Assembly (NCBI GenBank): GCA_040954595.2
Contig: CM082595.2
Span: forward strand, 1,201,690-1,265,689
Length of the DNA stretch: 64,000 nucleotides
Source of the DNA: Balanoglossus misakiensis
Taxonomy: Eukaryota; Animalia; Hemichordata
Direction: 5' to 3'
Below the pieces are notes generated by a model. The model was not told the DNA's origin, searched no databases, and worked only from the letters and a program-made list of their open reading frames with translations. Shown here piece after piece: positions 1 to 10,561 of the stretch (within the stretch, counting starts at the first letter, position 1; the number at the start of each line of letters is the position of its first letter). Position numbers and translations under genes: made by a program.

Positions 1-87
1 TTGGCCAATTTTCGTGCATTATGTTTGTGATTTTCGTCGATCCATATTTTATATCAATCAAAAATGTTTTATATTCTTCTCTTATAG

Positions 88-2112
88 GTTTAAACGCTCA
101 GCACGACGAAACACAATGCTTCGATGCCAACACTGTAAGTCCAAGCCCGGCTCAGAAGCAACGCGGAATTGCAGCGATTGTTGTGATAATTATTGTAATG
201 ATTGTTACAAGGACAGTCATCCGTGGGGAACACCAAGAGCTAAACATGAATTCACTGCAGTTGGAAATAATAGGCCCAAGGTACGTCTCAGATAGCTCTG
301 TCTGTCTGTCTGTCTGTCACACGTCACTTCACCCACTAATCATGTCACCTACTTTTATATTCCATTTACCTCTTAGGCGATAATGTGCACTGAACACGAA
401 GAAGAAAAGATTGGTTGGTATTGTGACGTCTGTCAGCGTCCGACTTGCAGAGTCTGTAAACTGACCGGAGTGCATGCCGGTCACAAAATGTACGCCATTG
501 CTGCTACATATGCCAAGTTGAAAGTAAGTCTGAAATGGCGAATTCCTTGTCTGAAAATTCCATTCATGAAATTCGTGTTAAATACAGTAAATGGTTAATT
601 TTGTCCGGTTCTTTATCAAGGCTAAACTGATCAAGCAACTTGAACTCGTCGAGGAAAAGAGAAAGGAAATGAAAGAAGCAGTGGCTGGATATGAGAATAA
701 CCTAGAACAGATAGAGGTAAGTGTTTTGTGCAGAATTCCGCCATATTGTTTTTGAGAACGACATTTTGTGTCAGTTGAAGACCATTCAAGCATATAGAGT
801 ATCATAACGCCTTTGCCAAACCTATATGTTTTTTCTCCATCAGGATAATGCCACTAAGATCGAAGAGACAGTGATAACTGACATCGATGAACTTAAATCA
901 AGATTGGAGGAAAAGAAGCGAGAACTCATCGACAAAGTTCACCAGGTGAAAGTGGAGAAAATGGAATATCCCCTGGAGAGAATCCAAAGTTTGAATGAAA
1001 TACTTGGCGACACTGTGGTCGTGGAATATGCTAAGGAGGTTCTCAAAGAAGAGGAACAGGCATGTTTCGTACAAAGTGCTCTGCCGTTAGCTGCCAGGTA
1101 TGACGTCAGTAGAGAGATATCAGCAATTTCCCATAATCAATGGATGGTTTTCAGCTCATTGTGAAATCTCGCGAGACTTGATTAATTATCGTATCAATAC
1201 TCATGTGTATATGTTTTATTTATGAAAAGCATTGTCAACTTTTCTATTTTCCAGACTTGGAAAATTACTAGAATCTTGCAAAGGTAAACCCAAGACGATG
1301 GACGTTGATGTGAATATTAAGTGTGCTTTGGATGTCACCTTTGAAAAAGACGTCATAAGCAGCTTGGATTTCTTGTCGGGTAAGTCATCCTCTGTTTGAT
1401 TCCAGTTTCCACATGCAAAGTGATTTGGTCAAACATTTAGTTGAACCTGGCATACTTCGAGCAGACTCTCATTTTAACAGCATTGATCTCCCTTATCTCT
1501 TTCACTAGTTCCTGGGCCACCAACGCTTTCATCAGACGTTTGCAAGTCTTACGATTCTTTGGTAGTTGAGTGGAGTCGACCAGATGACGATTCCATGGTC
1601 GATTACTACATCCTGGAGTATCGTCTGATTCGTCAAAACTCGACGATTCACGTCGACAGCCAAGAATCGGCAAACAACGTTGACTGGAACATCGTTTACA
1701 ACATCCAAAACTGTTATTACAACATCAACGAGCTTCAAGACGATTCAGAATATGGTTTCCGGTTGAAAGCAGTTAACAAGGCAGGGTCTGGTTCTTACAG
1801 TGACGTCATGGTCTTCAGAACAGATCGAAGACCGAAGTTACCAGGTAAACCTTGCCGTTTGGAGCTTCATGTACTTGTAATGAAAAAAGTGAGACCGTAC
1901 CCAGCCTGGAGCTTTGTTGATTCCATTTAATACTGTTGCTATGGCGACAAAGTCGGTGCGTATCGATGACGTTTTTTTTTCATTTTCCTTCAGTGTTGCC
2001 ACCTGCACTTATTGTGACGTCATCTCAGAGGAGCAGCGATTCTGAAGATACCCCGGATGAACAACTGAAAAATACCATTCGTCTCAGCGATTCCATCTCG
2101 TCCACAGACTGA
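88..2112 (+). CDS. TRIM36/TRIM46-like tripartite motif protein, 5'-incomplete (B-box1, B-box2, coiled coil, COS-like region, FN3, short acidic tail). Exons 88-280, 377-523, 621-716, 844-1097, 1255-1379, 1509-1844, 1994-2112
   Basis: B-box1 CQHC...CSDC...CNDC...HPWGTPRAKHE followed by RPK-AIMCTEHEEEKIGWYCDVCQRPTCRVCKLTGVHAGH matches the recalled TRIM36/46 signature (HPWGT.KA.HE...RPK..MC.EH). A helical coiled-coil exon and an FN3 exon (VEWSRP...YILEY...YGFRLKAVNKAGSGSYS) follow. All exons have GT-AG boundaries and join in frame; TGA at 2110-2112. Confidence 0.85.
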
Positions 2113-2811
2113 ATCTTGTGAATGTCTGAAGAAATGAACGATTTTGAAACCTCGTATGTAGTCTCTCTTCGTTTCATATTACACCGTTTATTTTCTGTAT
2201 TTTTTCTTGTGTAGGTACTGTTTATAAGTATTTAGGTGTGGTGTTTGCATTTGAGGTTTGTGTAGCTAAAAGTTTTATTATTCAACTTTGTTAATATTAG
2301 GTGCACATAGTCTCAAAAGTCAATTTTCCTACGAAATGCAATATTAAGCCAAACGGTGTACAGCGAAGCAGCATAAAGTGGCGTACATTTAAACAATCAA
2401 TCACAAAAAAAGTTGTCAAAGCCAGTCAATAAAATTTGGAAATTGAAATAGGTATAGTAGTTTCTTTTTACCGATAGATACAGATAAAAGCATATCGTAA
2501 TACAAGTTTGAATATTTGACCCACAATCCGTCTGTATATAGAAGGACCGCGTTTGAGGTTTACAAAGTCCCCATACTTAAAATATAGAGAATAAAATAGA
2601 GTTAGATAGTCTTACGTCGATACTGGACACACTGTATTGAGCATCCAAGTAAGGTAATTATAAAGAACAGTGCAAATTTTAATCATTTTAAGTAATTTCT
2701 TTTATGGATGAATAGTTGGTATTTCAGTGTTACATAAACGGCAGCGATTGGCTGTCGATGCTTGAATGTTCTCTCGTCAATGTCTCGTCGACTCTCGTTT
2801 CTCTCACGAGA

Positions 2812-5800
2812 TCACTTATTTCTAGTCTCGCATGATAATCCATGGTACCCAGATGGACACTCACAGTCTTCAACTAAGACAGCCCTGTCTTGTCCAGTTT
2901 GTTGCGGTACAGCGATATCAAAGGATATATCGCTGATGCTGCAAATAAAAAATAAGAAGAAACTTCTGTCAATCATCTATACGCATGTTCATAGTGACAA
3001 TTAATTAAGTTACATAACTTTATTACTGATTTGAAAACAAATATGAATACAAACCTTGTGAAATCCATCGGTGTTATGTAATATGCCCTTATCAGGAAAG
3101 TGTCGATGTTGGCCAATACTCTCATGAGATCAGGACGACTTACTGGTTCTCGGACGATGATGTCACCACGCCCTCCCTCTTTCAACCAATTAAACTGTAA
3201 ATGCAAATGTCAGAATTGAGATATGATATAATGCAAATATTGACAAGCAAACTGAACAAACTCATGATGTAATTACCTCTCTGAATTCCACAGTTCTTCT
3301 CACTGATGCTCTTAATGTTGGCTGTTGTGCGATGCTATACACCAATGACAAACCACTGCCCTGTGAATATACATGTACATGTACTACAATCAGATTTAGC
3401 GTATTTTAGGGAACAAGACAACGTATAAATGTTGGTTATAATTTGTCACATAAAGGGAGTATATTACGTACCTGTAGAATACAGTCGGGTATATCGTAGT
3501 TCGCTGGAATACCACCATTGTAGTCGTATCTAATAGTGTATTGCAGAGTACCGCCATAGCTAGTCAGCTGTAATTAGAATTCGGAAAATACAGAGTTAAG
3601 AGTTGTGTGTAGAAATGTCTGTAGATCAAGTAAGATTTTGTGTCAGGGATGTATGTATGATACATGTAGCCTCCTACCTGATTACCAAGAAACCTGTTTG
3701 GCAGCATCCAGTAGTAACTCCCCTGCCCGTAGATGTCTGCGAACCGGTTCACGTACAGTTCACCTATTGCCGGATACACCTGCAAGTATCTACTGTCTTC
3801 TGTCCGAATATTAGAAGAGGAATAGCGGTTTACAAGCTGCACTCCTTCCCTGTTGCCACTCTCAGTAAATCGAATCGATTCCTGAAGGAAATAGAAAAGT
3901 CAAGATGTCAGCGTTACGTTTGCTGAAACGTCAAATGACATGCGCAAACATCAGGTTATTTTCTAAATCAAGGGATCAACTATTTACCAGGGACATCAAG
4001 AAGGTGACCTGTGGACTCATACCTGTGTAATGAAGTAACTGCTGCTAACACAATAAGACGCCACACCAAAACAGAAACAATCAACACATTCAGAAGGAGT
4101 TACAGCGTCCGCGTTGAAACGTGTACCAAGACAAACACCATCAGCAGCTACAAGAAAAATAAAATGCAGTCATTAAGAATTTGAACTCAAAAGCGAGGCC
4201 AATAGGGAAAGTTGACCAATCACATGAAGTTGTACTCACGGGTAACTATGACGACGCTGTCGGGTATCGCGAAAACGTTGCCTTTGCTGTTCATAGCCTC
4301 ACAAGTGTAGGCACCAGAATCTTCAGGTCTGGCGTCTGTTATCGTTAAGACGCCTCTGCCGTTGACTGAAGAAGTTGTAACCTGCAAACCACAAACAGAG
4401 AACGTCAACAGTTTCATGATTGGTCTAGTTTTACTATAGGAGAAAATCTTCTAATAATTTCGTTTAATTAGCATGATGTGGTAAACATGTATACGCCAAA
4501 CCACTACTATAAGAAACATCTTTTCAAGTAAGATATAAAACGACGTTACCCTTGGTGGTCCTGGAATATGTCCCCAATTTAATCTCCATGAAATGACAGG
4601 AGTGGGTATCCCTTCTGCTTCACAGATCAGTGTGATGGTTTCACCCTCAGGCACTTGAACCATATCCTCGGGTGGGGTTACAATAACTGGTGGTCCTGTG
4701 ACGTAATCATATCAATCAGTTGAATTAAAGATACACAAAAGAATATTACTCAGAATATCAGTTTCTACAAAGTATCTTAAACAAACTAACCACATCCAAT
4801 TTCATCTGTAAAGTCAAGACAGTCGTCCTGCATATCACACTGATAACTGGCAGGCAAGCACATGTCAGATCGAACACACAGAAACTCCCAGCTTTCACAG
4901 CTACTTCCGGGTAACTTTGGATCTGAAGAGGAACAATCAAAACAGCATTAATATACAAGATAATTCTATACTACGTTTTATATTGATAGGAGCATAATAT
5001 ATCACGTTGCAAAATATCTCAATTCATAAGACAATCACAATGAATAGAGTTTACTTACAACAACGATATTCATCTGAGCCATCACCACAGTCATCCTCGC
5101 CATCACAGACCCAGTTCTTTTGGACGCAGTTTGAATTATAACAGATGAATTCATTGGGTTCACACGGTGGTTCTGTCCCTGCAAATTGACCAATAGCGTT
5201 GTCGGTTACAAATAAGCACTGAATCGTCCACCAGTCAGACCTGCTCTTCTATCCATGACAAGGCAGTTGAAAGACTCGTGTAAACTTACCACAGTTCAAC
5301 TCATCGGAACCGTCTGTACAGTCTGGATCGCCATCACAGAGGAAAGAAATCTTGACACATTCGTCACCGCTTTGGCAGTTGGTTTCGTCCTCTTTGCACT
5401 GCCTGGGTTTGGCTCCTGCATACGATAGTCAACAACAGTGGGCCAAATCAGTTAAAGAATGGGTAAATTTATATTTATTTATTTATTTGATTTATTTATC
5501 CTTCGCTTAGCCTATCTGTTTTGCCGGATGATCTGTGTCAATGACACATATTACGACTTCCGTTGACTTGATTTGAGAGGCACCAAATGTACACCTGTAC
5601 TAGTTTCATAGGAGCATACAGGTGTTGACAACAATATGCAAATTTGTGAGTCATGAATATATTGGTCAGTTGTTTGAAGATCCGTAGAGAAGGACACGTG
5701 AAATGGTAGCCGGCACTAACAGGTAAGATTCAGATATTGCAATTCTTATTTTGAGTCTTATGCTGGTTTGAGTACGTCCTTTTTACAGTACAATCACTCT

Positions 5801-8800
5801 GTCTGTCTGACTGTCTGTCTTTGTCACTGTCTCTGTCTGTCTGTCTCTCTCTCTCTCTCACTTTCATGTCGTTATAATTTTGACAGTGTTCCCTCTGTGC
5901 TTACCACTTTGACTGCACGCCAACGGAATACAGTCAAGTCGACCCTGTTCTAAACCTTCCAGTTCGAACTGAGGTTCAGCATCCGGGTGTCTTTTTAACT
6001 CCACACACAAATATCTGACTTCCTGACATGTCTTGCCCCTCATGTCAATGTTGACCATCAGATCATGGAAAGTTTCCCGAGTGTCCGAGTAGATATCTTG
6101 ATCTTGTTGTGGGTCATTCAAGATATTGGTGGATAGGATGTTCTTGTCTGTGCTGCCGTCGGGTGACGAACTTGTAAATGCTGTCAACTGCCATAAATCG
6201 TCTCCTATGATGTCATCACTGTCAGGTGATGATGTCACGTCAACATTGGGGCGCAAGATGTTTGAACCTTCCTCCTCCGTAATTTCGGGATTAATTATTC
6301 TGATGTCGGTGTCAACTATGACAGCGCGTTTGGGAGCTGAAAAGTACAACATTATCGAAGGGGGTCATGGTCATGTGTTTTTCGGATATGATTGTAAAGG
6401 TTTATTATTTTCCTGACACTTTGAAAAGAAAGCGTTTTGACTTTTAATTACAATATATATGATCGCATTTCTCAAAACTTTCTTGACTGGAAGATTTAAG
6501 TCACCTGACTAAAACTGGAACTATTTGCAGAAGTGGGACTACTTACCCTCTGCACAGGCCAAGGGGACGCAATCACGTTTCACGTCTTCTGGAAGCGCAT
6601 TCATTTCATATTCGGGCACTGCAAAGGGGCCTTTGCCCAACTCCACACAAAAGTAGTGCGTCTCCCTACAATAACGTCCTCTCATGTCAACATTGACCTC
6701 CAGATGTTCAAAGGTCATTGTTCTTCCTCCGTAGAGATCTTGGTCGTCCTGATCAGGTGACAGGACATTCGGGGACACTGTGTGTCTAGAGGTACTGCCA
6801 TCAGATGCATCACTTGTAAATACAGAAAGTTGCCACAGATCGTCACCAGTGATGTCATCACTCAGCTCAGAGGAAGTGACGTCAACGTGAGCACGGATTG
6901 TGTTGTAGTACTCATTTTCCCTGACTGCCGCAGCTCCGACCAATCGTATGGCGGTGTTGATGAGCAAAAGTTGTCTACCTGAAAATAAAAAGGGAAACAG
7001 TTATATATGATGGCGACTTTCAGCATGTTTTAACAATTCCAGGCATAATGTACACGATATTACTATTTCAAATTTCTAACGAAAGACCTAACATTCTAAA
7101 AACTCACTTTCACATGGTGTTTCTTCGCATGCGGTCAATACACGATCATCCGGCTCGGTGCTCAGAGTAAACTTGGGTTTCGGTTTGGACCCTTGTGACA
7201 AAGTAGTGCACAAGTAGGGTACATCGGAGCAGGTTACTCCACTAAAGTCTAAATTGGCCCTGACGGGAGAAAATGAGAGAGCGTGTCCTGGTCGAAGGAT
7301 TTCATTTTGCTGTTCCGGTGTCAACACTTGTTCTACAAAGCCGGTCGATTTCCCCTTGCCATCAGGTCGGGTGTTACCATAGAAACTGAGTTTCCACAAC
7401 TCTTCGCCAGAAATCAAAGTACTGTGAGGAGCTGAGTAAAAGTAAGCATCAAATGTGACTGGATTGAAGGCTGAGTTGTCCTTTATAGTTGTATCTTCTG
7501 ACAAGATCAATCTTCGGTTAGATATAACAGCACCTAGGGATAGAATATAGTGACATGTAGACAATTGTCATTCTCTGCCAAATATTTAAGAAATCTGGCG
7601 ATAATTGTTTTCTTTCAATGAGCTAAGATCGCTAGAAATTCATAAAAACTGTCAAATTTTCCAAAGGAAGAAAGAAAGAAAATGAAGAAGATGACGAGGA
7701 TGATGACGACAACAACAACTCACCTTGACAATTCAATGGAACGCATGTGGTAGACGCTCCCTCAGGTTCAACAGTAAACGTAAACTCAGGTTCTGCTTTA
7801 GGAGACTTGAACAACTGCGCACAGAGGTAATTAGTCTGCGCACATATAGTTCCCGTAGTATTGAGATTGAACTTGATGCGTCGGAAGACCAGAGGAGAGT
7901 TGTTGATCAGATTGGTGTTCACCTGGTTACCGTTCAACACCTGGTTGTCCAATGACCTCATTTTACCTCTCCCACTCAGACTCTTACTGGCCCACACAGA
8001 AAGCTTCCATAGTCGCTCTCCTCTGATTTCGTCGCTCGAGGGATCATAGGGCGCGGTGAAATCAAAAGTGACTTTGTTATTGTCTTGGTTCTCGGTCACT
8101 TTTGTATCTTCGTCCAGTTCAATAACAGCGTCAGTTATTATGACCTCTGCAAAAGGGAAACAAAAGTCATATAATTCAAGTAAAGAAGAGGTTCTTCTGT
8201 CGATTGTCAAGACGTGTCGTTGTGTTGATTAGAAACTAGTGAAGATGATAACCAGACTGTCAGATATACTTAATATTAAGATAAACATTTTGGATCACGA
8301 GGCGATAACTGGTATGTGGTCTGCATTTGGTTTCACAGTGTATGGTTACCTCACCTGGAAGATCATCCGGACAATAGGCACAACATTTGCCAGGTGGTCT
8401 GATTGGGTTGCTGCATTGGGGAAACATACAAGAGACTGTTGTACAGATGGTTGTGCTGTTATCACACTTGCAGGCTGAACATTCATTCTCGTCGAATTCG
8501 TCGCCATGTTTGTAATGGCGTCCTAAATAAACGCAAGGCAGTTTATCTGAAGAAGTAAGAAATGAGAAAGAGACGACGTATCGGTCAGACACATATGGTG
8601 ACGGCTGCGCCTCTATAGGCAAAATGCTCCCCAAATATAAAATTCGTGTGTTGTAAATGGCATCCCTTCCCCCTTTCCCGCAAAGCCTCATATGAAGTTC
8701 AACGTGTGCGTTGCCTAATTTACGAGCTAGTGTCGTTATGCCCAGAATGAGACTGTTGGTTTCTTGTTTCTCAATGACGAACTTACAGGCATATATCAAT

Positions 8801-10561
8801 TTTCTTGTCAGTACTGTTTGACAGAGGGTTACTGGGGTCAAATTGTACGCTTACTGTTCCACAGTCTGTATACTATAATGTTTTTCTTACAGAGTCTAAA
8901 TAAATCTAAATATTAGTTTCTTGGTATCCCGTAAACTATTGGATAAACTGTTATGGTATAGTGCACGCCGGGAAAGCTCAAATGGGAGCTAAACGGTTGT
9001 TATGGTGACAGTTTCCTTGGCTCATTAATCACGCCAAGGTTTGATGAATCAAGCTGACAACAGCTAGGTCGTGCATGTTAACAGACGACTGACCATTGAC
9101 CTCGGGTATTTGGGGAAACAGGTCTGCCTGTCTTCCTGCCGGGTTTTCCTTTCTTCAGTGTTTTTATGGAGCGAAGGAAAACATCACACAACAAGAATAG
9201 TTTGAAAGCGAAGTTAGCAGATGGAGGGTTGACATTCCAAGCCGTGCCACGTTAATCAGTTTCAGATTTGTCCGAAACAAGCTGAAGGGGTCTGCCAAAA
9301 ATTGATGTCAAGTCATGGAAAGTTGTTAGAAGAGAAAAGCGTTCTTCAACGTCACAGAGTCATGTCACTCTTAATGTGAAAGTTTGACCCAAAATCATCT
9401 TTGAAAGTCGTCCATGGCTCAGATAGACGAAAGTTTGACTCGTCAAGAAACTTTCCGGTTTTCATACTCTTTCAGTGAGCTGTGTAATTATTTCTGACAA
9501 GGACAACGTGGGAGTATAGTTTACCATGCAACCTTCAAATAGTAATTTATCACCAGGGACCTGCACAGTGTGTATATACATGTAACAAAGTTCAGCTTTT
9601 AGACGGATATCATGTAGTCGCAGGATCACCCCTAAGGGGATAACCATAGCATATCCAGGAGAGAGGGGTAGATCATGTAGATGGTTTAGAAATTATTAAC
9701 TGCGGTATGAGCCTGGAAGACAGAGAACAAGCGGTTTCTGTACCCTCTCCCGTATATGAAATGGTTCGCCCCTTACATTATGACATCTACTGACACTGTT
9801 TGGCTTTGCCTCCTGATTGATAGTGTTATGGACAGAAGAGGGTTAAGGGTTCTACACTTAGATAAGGTGATGAGGGATTGTTACCATCGAAATTTTAAGT
9901 GATAGGAAAACTGTGTTAAAATGATGCGTCTCTGTACTCAGTAGTGGCCAATTTCTCCACCCATAGCTCAGTTAACCCTTTCTCCACCGTGGTTTAGTCC
10001 AAACCCATTGTTTTCTATGGTAAGGTTAGATCTCTAAAGGGGGAAACTGGGGGTGTAAGGGTTAATAATGGAAGCAAATCAGGGATACATTTAAGGTCAA
10101 GTGGCCAACTGATTGACTCTGTGGGATCCTTGGACTAACAATGTACTGCACTTTGGACGTAACCTTGAGGTCCTATAAGAAACTTTTGTCCTTCAAATCT
10201 ACACGACTGCGTACATTTGAAGGATTTTTTTCCATTTATAAGTTTGTTCCCACCCTCTGCAAATTTAGGGCAACAAGGCCTGTTATCCCAATTTTATAGA
10301 TTTTCATATCGTCCATAATCGAATAACATTTGCAATGGCATTACACACAATTACATTTTAAATTGAAGTATTTTACTTACCGCAATGCTCTTCGTCTGAT
10401 CTGTCATCACAATCCACTCTGCGATCACATCTTCTGTAAGTATCAATGCAGGGTCCGTCATGACACTGAAATTGCCACGGATAACATTGAGACTCCACCG
10501 ATCCGACAAAAACTACCAGGGCAATGAGGGCAAACAGCCCCACTCTCCAAACTGTAGTCAT
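2812..10561 (-). CDS. Truncated perlecan-like secreted protein ('mini-perlecan'), 17 exons, about 1175 aa: SP-LDLa-VWC-4x unknown module-3xLDLa-Ig-laminin EGF/laminin B(IV)
   Basis: Exons (minus strand): 10381-10561, 8355-8546, 7724-8146, 7108-7533, 6547-6978, 5905-6336, 5290-5415, 5059-5178, 4791-4922, 4550-4695, 4240-4381, 4023-4147, 3678-3881, 3472-3567, 3277-3360, 3055-3194, 2812-2938. They sum to 3528 nt with GT-AG boundaries and no internal stop. Perlecan hallmarks include [48 protein letters not shown] and [16 protein letters not shown]. Confidence 0.85.
5797..5860 (+). repeat. (CTGT)n/(CT)n microsatellite, intronic
   Basis: Seen directly; a similar (CTGT)n run lies at about 296-318. 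Confidence 0.7.
5905..8146 (-). CDS. Four tandem single-exon copies of an unrecognised ~140-aa extracellular module (exons 7724-8146, 7108-7533, 6547-6978, 5905-6336)
   Basis: Four ORFs share I.G..LW.L....(S/N)...(D/S)G, (V/I)L...Q, N(L/V/I)(D/N)..G..C....Y(L/F)C..L, P.(F/Y) and a terminal C....C. Exon lengths are 423/426/432/432 nt, all phase 1-1. Confidence 0.85.
8355..8546 (-). CDS. Mini-perlecan exon 2: von Willebrand factor type C (VWC/chordin-like CR) domain
   Basis: [14 protein letters not shown]...CSACKC....ICTTVSC...C.......GKCCAYC has the 10-Cys VWC pattern with CxxCxC and CCxxC; 192-nt phase 1-1 exon. Confidence 0.85.
9972..10065 (+). mobile_element. ~90-bp piggyBac-type MITE, full copy
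   Basis: TTAA-CCCTTTCTCC...GGTGTAAGGG-TTAA; internal sequence shared with the other copies in the window. Confidence 0.75.
10381..10561 (-). CDS. Mini-perlecan exon 1: signal peptide plus LDL-receptor class A repeat
   Basis: [25 protein letters not shown] (hydrophobic leader), then [35 protein letters not shown]; phase-1 GTAAG donor. Confidence 0.85.

Noticed and set aside
2812-5415. Interpretation of the minus-strand perlecan-like exons as a pseudogene or an assembly duplicate
   Set aside because: The frames are open, splice sites are intact, and protein and intron sequences are strongly diverged from the plus-strand copy.
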